NCBI GenBank assembly: GCA_963841435.1
Contig: CAWJCS010000003.1
Coordinates: 544,001-608,000, forward strand
Direction: 5' to 3'
Length of the DNA: 64,000 bases
Source: an uncultured delta proteobacterium
Lineage (GTDB): Bacteria; Myxococcota_A; Polyangia; Polyangiales; Polyangiaceae
Position numbers and translations under genes: made by a program. The notes under the pieces were generated by a model. It saw nothing but the letters and a program-made list of their open reading frames with translations. It searched no databases and was not told the DNA's origin. Of the stretch, positions 18,746-29,147 are shown piece by piece. Each line of letters opens with the position of its first letter. Position 1 is the first letter of the stretch.

Positions 18746-21236
18746 ATGCGCCGTTGGATTCCTTCTTTGCTCGTCATCTGGTTGGGAGCGGTTCCACTCG
18801 CCATTTGGGGCTGTAGTAACGCTGCCGGCAACAACACCAGCTTCGATGCCGGGGGGAGCGGCAACTCCGGCGGCACCGCGGCGGGCGGCTCCGGCAACGG
18901 CAGCTCGAGCGGCGGTGCGGGCGGCATCGTCATTCCCGTCATGGACGGCGGCATGGTCGAAAACCAGTGCGACAAGCCGGACGCACCGCCCGACTGCATG
19001 CTCGTGTCGCCTCCCGGCTGCGGCGACGGCGAGGTCAATCAGGACACCGAGCAGTGCGACGACGGCAACACCGTGCCGGGCGATTGTTGCTCGGGCGCCT
19101 GCCAGGTCGAGCAGTACTGCGAGTGCGATGCGAGTGGCGCCAATTGCCATTCGACCATCATCTGCGGCGACGGCATGCGCGGGCCCGGAGAAGCCTGTGA
19201 CGACGGCAACCAGACGGGCGGTGACGGCTGCTCGGCGGATTGTCACGTGGTCGAGCTCGGCCATCGCTGCATGAATCCGGGGGAGCCGTGCATCCGAGTG
19301 TACGTCTGCAGCGACGGCATCGTGGACCCGAACGAAGGTTGCGACGACGGCAACCTCATGCCGGGTGACGGCTGCAGCGAGCGCTGCCGCATCGAGCAGG
19401 GCTTCAAGTGCGACGGCTCGCCGAGCACCTGCACCGCCACCACCTGCGGCGACGGCAAGCAGGAAGGCGCGGAGAGCTGCGACGACGGCAACAGGGTCGC
19501 CTTCGACGGCTGCTCACCCGACTGCCGCGCCGAGCCCAAATGCGAAACGGGCAAGGCGTGCACCTCCGGCTGCGGTGACGGCATCGTCTTCGGCGACGAA
19601 GAGTGCGACGACGGCAACCTGCGCCCCGGCGACGGCTGCTCGGCGACGTGCAAGGTCGAAGAAGGCTACATGTGCAACAACGACGCGCCGTGCACGCGTC
19701 GCATGGGGGTGGACGCGGCGACCGGCGAGATGGCGGACATCTGCTACCTCGAGGTCCCGGCGAACTTCCGCGACTTCAACGCCCACTCGGCAACCGGCGG
19801 CCACCCGGACTTCTCCCCTGGCCGCAACTCACCCGGAGCGGTGCAAGGTATGGTGAAGGCCGACCTCGACATGGAGGGCAAGCCCGTCCTCGCCAAGGTC
19901 AACGATACCGATGCCTACACCCACACGGCCGCTGACTTCGCCCAGTGGTATCGCAACGACCCTCCGGCCTCGGCTCCCATTCCGAGCACGCTTGGGCTGT
20001 GGGACAAGGCGGGCGCCACCGGCGACGGCACCGCCGGCTACGTGAACCGGTGGGGCGCGAACGGCGAGCAGTGGACCGCCCCGCAGATGTACACGGGTCT
20101 CGTCTATGGGGGCCCGGGTACGGCGGGCGGTGATCCCGGCTGTTCGGACCCCGCGTGCGCCGGCCTCACCTGCTACGACCCGTGCACGCCGTGGGGAGCC
20201 GGCCAGACGCAAGCCTGCTGCGGCACCGCCACGCAGACGGCGTACGACGGCAATCCGCTCTTTTTCCCAATCGACAAGTCGCCCGGCATCCTGACCGAGA
20301 CGCGAGGGCCCGCCAAGGTTCCGGAGCAATACGGCTGGAACGGCTGGCCCTGGGAGACGGACGTTGCCACGTCGCTCGGCGTCACGACTCCGATCCCGAC
20401 GGCGACCTCACCCTTCCCGACCGCCACCCACAACTTCAGTTTCACGACCGAGGTGAAGTACTGGTTCCGGTACGAAGCCAACACCATGGCGACGCTCGAC
20501 TTCACGGGCGACGACGACGTTCTGGGTGTTCTTGAACGGCCATCTGGCGATCGATCTCGGCGCGTGGCACGTGCCGCTGCCAGGCTCGCTCGCCATCAAC
20601 GGCGCCACCATCAACGCTAGCTCGACCACACAGGTCCCCCCGAACTCGCCCATGGACGTGGTCGTTGCAAAGCCGGGCACCGCAACCAGCTACGGGATGC
20701 AAGCCGGCAACGTCTATCAGATCGCGATCTTCCATGCCGAGCGCCAGCAGGAGGGCTCTTCCTTCAAGCTCACCCTCGCCGGCTTCAACATGACGCCGAG
20801 CGATTGCCGCACTGATTGCGGCGACGGCGAGGTCGGGCCCGGCGAAGAGTGCGACGACGGCACGAACGCGGGGGGCTACAACATGTGCGCCCCGGGCTGC
20901 TTGTTCGGCCCGCGCTGCGGCGACGGCATCACCGCGGCCGAGTACGGTGAAACCTGCGACGACGGTGATGCCGGCAACCTCGGCACGTGGGGCGGCTGCG
21001 GCCCCGACTGCCAGCCCGGTCCGCGCTGCGGCGACGGCATCGTGCAAACGGATCACGAAGAGTGCGACGACGGCATGAACGAAGGCGCGTACGGCGGCTG
21101 CTCGCCCGGCTGCGTGATCGGCCCGCACTGCGGCGACGGTCTCATCCAGATCGGCTTCGAGGAGTGCGACGACGCGAACAACGTCGGCAAGGACGGCTGC
21201 TCGAACTGCAAGTTCGACGTCCCTGTCACGAAGTGA
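18746..21236 (+). CDS. Fibro-slime (PA14-like) lipoprotein with myxococcal Cys-rich (DUF4215) repeats; +1 frameshift near 20520
   Basis: GAGGT RBS, WGC lipobox, many CGDG....E.CDDGN...GDGCS repeats, FRDF..HPDF, HNFSFTTE, F.GDDDVWVF.NG, FHAER...SSFKLTL. Confidence 0.88.
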
Positions 21237-21513
21237 CCCGAGGGGCGCCAGCCACTCCTGATCTCGCTCGCTGCGAGTCCCAATACCCCGCTTGGATCGG
21301 GTTTGGTAACCGTGCGCCTCGACCCGCAGGCAACTTTCGCCAGAAGTGCAAAGTTTGGCCCCAAAGGCCTTTAAATCGGCTGGAAGTTCGTTCCGACCGC
21401 TAGCGGCGCTCGGACCCAAATGACAACATCCGAGGCCTGGGCGCGGGGCTCTCTCGCTGCCCCTGGCTGTTACCAATTCCCGCTCATCGAGAAGAGCGGA
21501 GGATGGCAAAATC

Positions 21514-23844
21514 ATGATGTCGACGCGCTTTGGAGGACTCGCAGCGCTCGCCGCTCTGCTGCTTGGCTGTACCGGTTCCATCTCTACGTCCGGTACGGAC
21601 CCTCAAGGTTCTGGCGCGACGGGCTCGGGTGCGACCGGCTCGGGAGCCACGGGCTCCGGTGGCACGGCCTTTGGCACGGGCGGCTCGGACACCGGCACGG
21701 GCGGCACCGAGATGGGTACTGGCGGCTCCGCAGGCACCGTGACGGCCCCGCCGGACGACCCCATCGTCAACATGGAGCCGGTCGGCGTGCGCGCTTACCT
21801 CCGCAAGGTGAAGGGGCTGCTCACGGGTCTCGCTCCCACGGAGGCCGAGGTACAGCAGGTGCTCACCGCCCCCGACGCGAAGGAGGCGCTCAAGGGCCTC
21901 ATCGACGTGTGGACGAGCCCGGATCACCCCGAGTTCTACCCGCTCTTTTACGACAAGATGCTCGTGTTCTTCACGAACACGTTCCAGCAGACGGGCTTCA
22001 CGCCCACCGAGGATTTCAAGCCGCAGCTTCTCGAGAACGGCGGGTTCGATCTCGGCCCGATCGGCGTCTACGGTGACACGGGTTTCTCCCAGCTCGTGCA
22101 GAACCTCCAGCAGAGCTTCGCGCGGACGGCCCTCCACATCATGGAGCAAAATCGGCCGTTTACCGAGGTGCTCAGCACGCGTGAGCTCATGATGACGACG
22201 GCGCTCATGAGCCTGTACATCCAGGTCGAGATGCCGAACGACCAGCCCTTCAATTTCGGGGGCGGCCAGAACCAGCAGAAGCTCGCGTGGAACATCGACA
22301 TGACGGGCGTGGGCGCGAACGGCACCCCCACGGACGCCGATCGCGTCTCGGTCGAGCACCCGATCGAAGAGGCCGTCACGACGATGGTGTTCGACGATCG
22401 CCCGCCTGCGACGGCGAGCGCCAGCTTCGGCAACTTCGGTGGCACCTGCACCCCCGAGATCAAGGCCGAGGCGGGCTACTCGCTCTTGTTCCAGCGCCTG
22501 TTCGGCTACACGCAGCGCACCCCGTTTTCCGCCACCATCGAGTGCATCGAGCACGGGTCGCTCCCCTACTACACGGCGAGCGACCTCAGCGACTGGCGTC
22601 CCGTCACGATCACGCCGGGCGCGGATCACCCGGAGATGTACGATCTGCCGTCTCTTCGCGCGGCAAATGCGATCGGGCTCGCCATGCCGCGCGTCGGCTT
22701 CTTCACGACACCGGCGTATCTCGCGATCTGGCAGACGAACGACAGCAACAAGCACCGCGTGACGGCCAACCAGACCCTGCTCGTCGCGCTCGGCGAGGCG
22801 CTCACGAGCGAGAACGAGTTCACGCCCGTGAGCACGGTGGGCCTGGATGCCGAGCATTCGCCGGACTCGAATCCCGAGTGCTACGGCTGCCACAAGATCC
22901 TCGACCCGATGAAGCAGTTCTGGGAGAGCTACTTCGACTTCAACGACCGCAACGATTTCACGGTGCTGAGCTTCGGCCAGCAGAGCGTCAAGCCGAACCG
23001 CACGGACGGCGGCGCCCTCGCCATCGCCAACGTGAACGCTCCGGGCGCCACGATGGAGGACCTCGGTGGGCTGCTCGCCCAGGTCACGGACACGAACACC
23101 TCGGTGTCGGACGCGGCTCTGCAAACCGTCAACCGCTTCGCCCTCTCGATGGCGCAAAAGCTCTGCTACTACGCCGATTCGGCGGGCTGCGCCGAGGACG
23201 ACCCGGAGTTCCGACGCGTCGTTTTGGCCTTCCAGAACGACAACTTCAGCTTCAAAACGCTGATCCGCGAGCTCCTTTCCTCACCGCTCGTGACGGGTGC
23301 CGCGCCGACGCGCACCTTCGAAGTCCGCAACGTCGTCGTCAGCATCGCCCGCAAGGACCAGCTCTGCCAGGAGCTGTCGAACCGCCTGAACATGCCGGAC
23401 GTGTGCGCGCTCGGCGTGGCCTTCCCGTACTCGACCGGGTTCGGCACGGCGAACGACCCGACGGCGGCGCAGCGCGCGATCTTCCGGCTCGCGGGCAGCA
23501 TGCCGGCCGACGGCTTCAGTCGCGGCTCGGAGATGCCGGTGGCGCTCGCCGATCCGACGCTGTTCTACCGCGCGGCGAGCGAGCTCATCTGCGAGACGGT
23601 GGCGCTCAAGGCCGTGGACGTCGACGGCGCCCCGTACCAGAGCAGCGCCCTCGACGCCTCGCTCGATAGCTTGGTGCAAAACATCATCGGCTACACGTCC
23701 GGCGACGAGAAGTACGCGACGGCCGTGCAGCTCCTGCACGACCACTACAACGAGGCGCTTTCCGGCCACAATGCCACGGCCGCCCTCCAATCGACGTTCT
23801 CCCTGGCGTGCCAATCGCCGACCTCCCTGTCGTTCGGCCTCTGA
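21514..23844 (+). CDS. Large lipoprotein with CxxCH heme-c motif (distant DUF1588/DUF1585-like)
   Basis: LLGC lipobox, Gly/Ser/Thr linker, YLRKVKGLLTGL, GFFTTPAY, CYGCHKILDP, FQNDNFSFKTLIRELLSS. Confidence 0.65.
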   Translation: MMSTRFGGLAALAALLLGCTGSISTSGTDPQGSGATGSGATGSGATGSGGTAFGTGGSDTGTGGTEMGTGGSAGTVTAPPDDPIVNMEPVGVRAYLRKVKGLLTGLAPTEAEVQQVLTAPDAKEALKGLIDVWTSPDHPEFYPLFYDKMLVFFTNTFQQTGFTPTEDFKPQLLENGGFDLGPIGVYGDTGFSQLVQNLQQSFARTALHIMEQNRPFTEVLSTRELMMTTALMSLYIQVEMPNDQPFNFGGGQNQQKLAWNIDMTGVGANGTPTDADRVSVEHPIEEAVTTMVFDDRPPATASASFGNFGGTCTPEIKAEAGYSLLFQRLFGYTQRTPFSATIECIEHGSLPYYTASDLSDWRPVTITPGADHPEMYDLPSLRAANAIGLAMPRVGFFTTPAYLAIWQTNDSNKHRVTANQTLLVALGEALTSENEFTPVSTVGLDAEHSPDSNPECYGCHKILDPMKQFWESYFDFNDRNDFTVLSFGQQSVKPNRTDGGALAIANVNAPGATMEDLGGLLAQVTDTNTSVSDAALQTVNRFALSMAQKLCYYADSAGCAEDDPEFRRVVLAFQNDNFSFKTLIRELLSSPLVTGAAPTRTFEVRNVVVSIARKDQLCQELSNRLNMPDVCALGVAFPYSTGFGTANDPTAAQRAIFRLAGSMPADGFSRGSEMPVALADPTLFYRAASELICETVALKAVDVDGAPYQSSALDASLDSLVQNIIGYTSGDEKYATAVQLLHDHYNEALSGHNATAALQSTFSLACQSPTSLSFGL

Positions 23845-23855
23845 GAGAGTTAGCC

Positions 23856-25316
23856 ATGACGAATCCGCTTTTTACCCGCCGCAACGCGCTCCTCACCGGG
23901 CTTTTCGGAACCGGTTACGTCGGTATCCGCGCCATGGCCACCGGGCTCCCGGCCTGGTTCGTCGCCAATCCCCAAAAGGCGACCGCGCAGGAGCTCGCCT
24001 GCGCCATCGATGCCAAGGAAAACCTCCAGTACCTCGTCGTCAGCGTCTCGAGCATGGGTGACCCCATCAGCTGCAACTGCCCCGGCACGTACGACGGCGA
24101 GGCAGCCGCGGCCATCCACCCGATGGACGCCACCATGGCGGCGACGCCCGTCGCGTTCGGCTCGCAAACGTACACGGCGGCGCTCCCCTGGTCGACGCTC
24201 TCGGACGCCGTCCGCGCCCGCACGGCGTTCTTCCACCACGTCACGCTCGCCAACAACCACGGCGACCAGCCCAAGGTGATGCGCCTCATGGGCAACACCA
24301 CGAAGGGCGAGATGCTGGTGTCCGCGTATGCGTCGCACCTCTCGGGCTGCTTCGGCACCGTGCAGGCCGAGCCGGTCGCGATCGGCGCGCGCGGCAACGC
24401 GAGCGAGCTCGTGAGCTACAAGGGCCGCTCGCTACCTTCCATTTCGCCGACGCAGCTCCGGCAGCTCCTCACGGGCTCGTCCGGCAGCGGCTTCGGCGGT
24501 GGTGGCGTCCCGGGCGGTGGCAAGAGCCAGACTGGCCCGAGCGTGCTCGTCAACCTACGCACGATCCGCGACAAATACCTCGATCAGCTCAATGAGCTCG
24601 CCAAGACCGACGCCACGGGCGTCCAGAAGAAGTTTCTGGACGCGCTCTCGCAGAGCCAGCAGCAGATCCGCCTGCTCTCCGAGAACCTCGCCGAAACGCT
24701 GGGGTCGATCGGCAACGACGACGTGGAAGGGCAGGCACTCGCGGCGGCGGCGCTCATCTCCGCCAACGTGAGCCCGGTCATCACGATTCGCATCCCGTTC
24801 GGCGGCGACAACCACAGCGACGGCAACCTCGCGACCGAGGTCGCCGACCACACCGACGCGAACACCCGCTTCGCCGGGGTCGCCGGGATCCAGAAGGTGA
24901 TCGACTCGCTCACCGCCATGGGCTTACAAGACAAGGTCACGTTCGCGACGCTGAACGTCTTCGGGCGCAACCTGAACGGCATCTCGAAGACCGAGTCGCG
25001 CTCGGGCCGCGACCACTACGGCAATCACTCCGTTTGCGTCATGATCGGCAAGAACGTGAACCCCGGTGTCTACGGCGGCGTCACCACCGTGAGCGGCGGG
25101 TTCGGCGGCGGCACGGCGCTCGGCGCGGGCGGCCTCGATTCGGCGACGGGCGCGCTCGTGCAAAGCGGAGGCGACGTGCCGCGCGAAGAGACGTTCGTGT
25201 CGATGGCGCGGACGCTCGGCGGTGCCCTCGGCATCCCCCAGGCGACGCTCGATTCGAGCTTCGTCGCGGGATCGGGCGGCAAGGCCGTCGCCGCCGCCGT
25301 GACGAGCCTCACCTGA
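23856..25316 (+). CDS. Tat-exported protein, DUF1501/DUF1552-like
   Basis: TRRNAL Tat motif, GGDNH, NVFGR, GRDH motifs; 11 nt after upstream gene. Confidence 0.7.
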   Translation: MTNPLFTRRNALLTGLFGTGYVGIRAMATGLPAWFVANPQKATAQELACAIDAKENLQYLVVSVSSMGDPISCNCPGTYDGEAAAAIHPMDATMAATPVAFGSQTYTAALPWSTLSDAVRARTAFFHHVTLANNHGDQPKVMRLMGNTTKGEMLVSAYASHLSGCFGTVQAEPVAIGARGNASELVSYKGRSLPSISPTQLRQLLTGSSGSGFGGGGVPGGGKSQTGPSVLVNLRTIRDKYLDQLNELAKTDATGVQKKFLDALSQSQQQIRLLSENLAETLGSIGNDDVEGQALAAAALISANVSPVITIRIPFGGDNHSDGNLATEVADHTDANTRFAGVAGIQKVIDSLTAMGLQDKVTFATLNVFGRNLNGISKTESRSGRDHYGNHSVCVMIGKNVNPGVYGGVTTVSGGFGGGTALGAGGLDSATGALVQSGGDVPREETFVSMARTLGGALGIPQATLDSSFVAGSGGKAVAAAVTSLT

Positions 25317-25352
25317 GCGTGGCCCGGCGCGGCCGCTCACACGGCGCACGCG

Positions 25353-25643
25353 GTGGTCCCGGTCGAGCGGAACGTCCTCCGGCCGGAGCTCCGCCGCATC
25401 ACCGAGACCGACAGCGTGGTGCGTCACCCGAAGGAGCGCTGCCTCCGTCGAGGAGGCCCCTCGGCGGCGATCCGGAGCTCACCTCGAGCACGGACCCCAT
25501 CGGCGAGCTCGAGGACTACTAGCCCGCGCCCTCGCGCGTTCGAGCGCTACGAGGCCGAGCCGTTCGGCTGGCTGCCGAAGCCGGGCGCGACACTCGGCTT
25601 CCGGACGCGCGGGGGCGGCTACCTGTTTCTCTTCGCACGGTAG
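25353..25643 (+). pseudogene. Possible degraded gene remnant or short hypothetical
   Basis: Protein-like patches in different frames with an internal TAG; no recognisable family. Confidence 0.2.
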
Positions 25644-25680
25644 CGCGGCGTAACCCCTCGGGTTGCGCTAGATCCGCTGT

Positions 25681-26712
25681 ATGCAAAAGGCGCTGCTCGA
25701 GACCATGCCGCTCGGCTTCCAGTGGGTCACGCAGGATCCTTTCCTTTTCTGCGTGCACCACGACGACGCGTACCCGGCGGGCAACGAAGCGATGGGCCTG
25801 GACCCTAGCCTTCTCGCGGGTCGATCCCTCGGCCAGGATTTCGAGGTGCGCGACGGCTTTCGCATGTACCACGGCGAGGTGGTGCCGGGGTTTCCTCAGC
25901 ACCCCCACCGCGGCTTCGAGACGGTGACCATCGCGCGCCGCGGCCACATCGATCATTCCGACTCGCTCGGCGCGGCGGCGCGCTTCGGCCAGGGCGACGT
26001 GCAGTGGCTCACGGCCGGAGGCGGCATCGTGCACTCGGAAATGTTCCCGCTCATCTCGCCCGACGAGCCGAACCCCGTCGAGCTCTTTCAGATCTGGCTC
26101 AACTTGCCGGCAGCCGACAAGCTCGTGAAGCCCCACTTCACGATGCTCTGGAACAAGGACATTCCGGACGTCGCACACACGGACGCCGGAGGGCGGAAGA
26201 CCTCCGTGCGCATCATCGCGGGCGAGCTCGAGGGCCACCGCGCCCCGCCGCCCCCGCCGCACTCGTGGGCCGCGCGCCCCGACACGGACGTGGCCATTTT
26301 CGCGATTCGCCTCGCGCCGGGCAGCTCGCTCCGCCTGCCGCGCGCCAAGAGCACCGAGGCGGGGCGGGCGCTCTACTTCTTTCGTGGCGGCTCGCTCGAC
26401 GTCTCGGGAGAGACGGTCCATGAGCGCGCCGCGATCGGCGTTGACAGCCAGGTGGACATCGACCTTCGTGCGGGAGACGGCACGGAGGACATAGAGATTC
26501 TCATGCTCCAGGGGCGTCCCATCGGCGAGCCCGTCGCCAACTACGGCCCCTTCGTCATGAACACGCGCGAGGAGCTCGAGCGCGCCGTGCTCGACTACCG
26601 GAGCACGCGGTTCGGCGGCTGGCCCTGGGAGCGCGACGATCCGGTCCACCCCCGCGACGCCGGTCGTTTCGCACGCCACGCCGACGGCCGAGTCGAGCGC
26701 CTGCCCGCCTGA
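25681..26712 (+). CDS. Pirin-family protein
   Basis: DPFLFCVH, GFPQHPHRGFETVT, GDVQWLTAGGGIVHSE, FQIWLNLP, YGPFVMN. Confidence 0.93.
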   Translation: MQKALLETMPLGFQWVTQDPFLFCVHHDDAYPAGNEAMGLDPSLLAGRSLGQDFEVRDGFRMYHGEVVPGFPQHPHRGFETVTIARRGHIDHSDSLGAAARFGQGDVQWLTAGGGIVHSEMFPLISPDEPNPVELFQIWLNLPAADKLVKPHFTMLWNKDIPDVAHTDAGGRKTSVRIIAGELEGHRAPPPPPHSWAARPDTDVAIFAIRLAPGSSLRLPRAKSTEAGRALYFFRGGSLDVSGETVHERAAIGVDSQVDIDLRAGDGTEDIEILMLQGRPIGEPVANYGPFVMNTREELERAVLDYRSTRFGGWPWERDDPVHPRDAGRFARHADGRVERLPA

Positions 26713-26727
26713 GCGCCGAGCCGCGGG

Positions 26728-28995
26728 TCAGGGGAAGATCGACGCCTTGGCGGCGGTGTTCTGGATGCTCGCGGCGTGGCTCACCATCACCTGCTGTCCC
26801 CACGACGGCGTGAGCCCGCCGCCGAAGTCGTTGACGATGTTGAGCGCCGCCGTGGAGCTGTCGTTCCCGCTCCACGACCAGGCGATGTAGCCCGTGCGGC
26901 GTGACTGGCTCTTCGTGAGGATCTCCTGCCACGCGACGGACTGACCCTGGAGCTCTGGCCCGAACTCGCCCACGATGAACGGCACGCTGGTGCCGATCGC
27001 CGCGTTGTCCAGCACCGTGTCGACGGCGCCGTTCGAGCCGTAGCGATTGTACATGTGGAGGCTGAAAAGCAAGTTGTGCTCCGGGTCGCCACTCGTGAGC
27101 GCGCTCGCGTTGTCGAACAGCGACGCGGCGTTCTGACCGAAGCCGTCGGCGTCGATCACCAGCGTGTGCGCGAGGCCGGCGTTGCGCAGCGTCGTGATGG
27201 CGCTCGCGTAGGCCGACTGGTAGCCGGAGACGTTGTCGGTCGCCCCCCACTCGTTGGCGATGTTGATGAGCACATAGGCGCGGAAATCGAGCAGCACCTG
27301 CTCGATGTCTGCCTGCGTGAAGTAGCTGGCCATGCGCGCGAGATCGGCGGTGACGTTGCTGCCCGTGACGTTGTGGAGCTCCACCATCGGGACCATCTTG
27401 AGCTGCACGATGCGATAGAGAATTTGCCTGAGCAACGCCGCCGAGCCGCCCGTCGTCTCCCAAACGACGCGGATGGTATTGGTCTTGTACGTGGCGATCG
27501 TGTCGAGCGCCTGGTAGGCGCGGTACTGGTTGCCGGTGTCGAACCAGATGTGCGGGTTGTTGACGCCGCGGATCACGAACTCGGCGGCTCTCGCGTCGTA
27601 GAGCTTGCCGCTTTCGGTGTAAAAGCCGTCGTGCGTGGCGCCCGTGACGGCCGGGGGCACGAGCGCCGTGTTGTCGTTCGTCGTGCAGGCGGGCAGGCCC
27701 GTCGACACGCTCGTATCCGGCATCACGCAGGTGGTCTGGAATTCCCAGCTCCATTCCGGATCATCGCCGGGGACGCCGCACTCGCAGACCGCCACGCAGC
27801 CCTCGTCACGCGTGACGCCGGGGCGCTGCACGAGCGCGGGATCGGGTACGGGCTGGCCGGTGATGCAGCCCTGGTTGCACTTGCCCGTCGGCGTGTCGCG
27901 GATGACGCAGCTCGCCTGGTACTCCCAACCCCAATCGGCGGACGCCGTGCTGCTCGGCATGGCTCCCGGCTCGCAGAGCGGAACGCAATCGGACACCATG
28001 TCGCCGTCGCTGTCGACGACGACGCCCTCGAGCCCGCTGCGATCGACGGGCGGCAGCGGTTGCCCCGTGAGGCACGACTGATTGCGCGTCCCGGTCGGGC
28101 TGTCGGGTAGAACGCAGGGCCAGCCTTCGTACGCCCAGTCGTCGGTGAGGTCCGTGTCGTCGGGGTGCTCCGTCAACGTGCAGAGCGGCACGCAGCCGAG
28201 CGTCCCCATGTCGTCGACCGAGACGACGACGCCGACGCTGCCGTCCGGCGCCACCCCGCTGGATCCGCCGCTACCCCCGGAGCCGCCCGTCCCCGCGCCG
28301 CCAGCGGCGCCACCCGTGCCAAGAGCGCTGCACACCCCGCCGACGCAGGGTTGCCCGGTACCGCACGCCATGCCGCAACCGCCACAGTGCGCGGCGTTCG
28401 ACATGGGATCGACGCACTGCCCGGCACAGAACAGCTGCCCCGCCGTGGCGCACGTGCAAGCCCCCCCGACGCAGCTGCTCCCCGTCGGGCACGTGTTGTT
28501 GCACGTGCCGCAGTGGACGACCGACGTCTGCGTATCGACGCAGCTCGAGCCGCAGGTGACGAGGTCCGAAGGGCACGTCATGACACAGCCGCCGCGCGCG
28601 CACAGAAGGCCGAGGCCGCACGCGTTGTCGCAGCTGCCGCAATTCTGGCCGTCGGCCTGGGTGTCGACACAGCCCGTCGCACACGCCGTGAGCTGCCCCG
28701 TGCAGGTGCACGTGGAGCCAGCGCACGCCTGACCCGTGCCGCAAGCGTGCCGGCAAGCCCCGCAGTTCGCCGCATCCGACGTCACGTCGATGCACATGCC
28801 GCCGCAGAGATCGGAGCCAATCGCGCAGGAGCCCGTCGTTCCACCGGCCCCTGCCGTACCGCCGCTGCCGCCGCTGCCCGAGTCAGCGCTCGAATCGGCG
28901 GCAGGCGTACATCCGATGGCGGCAGCGACGGCTGCCACGCCAAGAGTCAGGCGCACGAAGCGAAGGTGGAGGAACGACGAAGGCCGAGCACGCAT
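26728..28995 (-). CDS. GH5 (subfamily 8-like, beta-mannanase) lipoprotein with Cys-rich repeats and three CBM10-like modules
   Basis: RGVNNPH, INIANEW (acid/base), SLHMY, VGEFG (nucleophile), AWSWSGN; CVD...NCG.C repeats; WAYEGWPC, WGWEYQASC, WSWEFQTTC. Confidence 0.85.
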   Translation of the reverse strand: MRARPSSFLHLRFVRLTLGVAAVAAAIGCTPAADSSADSGSGGSGGTAGAGGTTGSCAIGSDLCGGMCIDVTSDAANCGACRHACGTGQACAGSTCTCTGQLTACATGCVDTQADGQNCGSCDNACGLGLLCARGGCVMTCPSDLVTCGSSCVDTQTSVVHCGTCNNTCPTGSSCVGGACTCATAGQLFCAGQCVDPMSNAAHCGGCGMACGTGQPCVGGVCSALGTGGAAGGAGTGGSGGSGGSSGVAPDGSVGVVVSVDDMGTLGCVPLCTLTEHPDDTDLTDDWAYEGWPCVLPDSPTGTRNQSCLTGQPLPPVDRSGLEGVVVDSDGDMVSDCVPLCEPGAMPSSTASADWGWEYQASCVIRDTPTGKCNQGCITGQPVPDPALVQRPGVTRDEGCVAVCECGVPGDDPEWSWEFQTTCVMPDTSVSTGLPACTTNDNTALVPPAVTGATHDGFYTESGKLYDARAAEFVIRGVNNPHIWFDTGNQYRAYQALDTIATYKTNTIRVVWETTGGSAALLRQILYRIVQLKMVPMVELHNVTGSNVTADLARMASYFTQADIEQVLLDFRAYVLINIANEWGATDNVSGYQSAYASAITTLRNAGLAHTLVIDADGFGQNAASLFDNASALTSGDPEHNLLFSLHMYNRYGSNGAVDTVLDNAAIGTSVPFIVGEFGPELQGQSVAWQEILTKSQSRRTGYIAWSWSGNDSSTAALNIVNDFGGGLTPSWGQQVMVSHAASIQNTAAKASIFP

Positions 28996-29147
28996 GAATC
29001 CGACGCCCAGCTTAAGCGGTTTAGCCCACGGGCGCTGCCCAAATCAGGCCACGAACGGCCGCGTGGCAAATCTACGCTCGCGGCGGAGCCCGCACCGCGC
29101 GGCGCGCTCCGCCCGCCCGCTGCGAGGACTTGCCGACGCAAAGGACG

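Noticed and set aside
18950-19700. Recurrent TGCGACGACGGCAAC / TGCGGCGACGGC units resembling an array
   Set aside because: They encode CDDGN/CGDG protein repeats in frame; not CRISPR, and no cas genes
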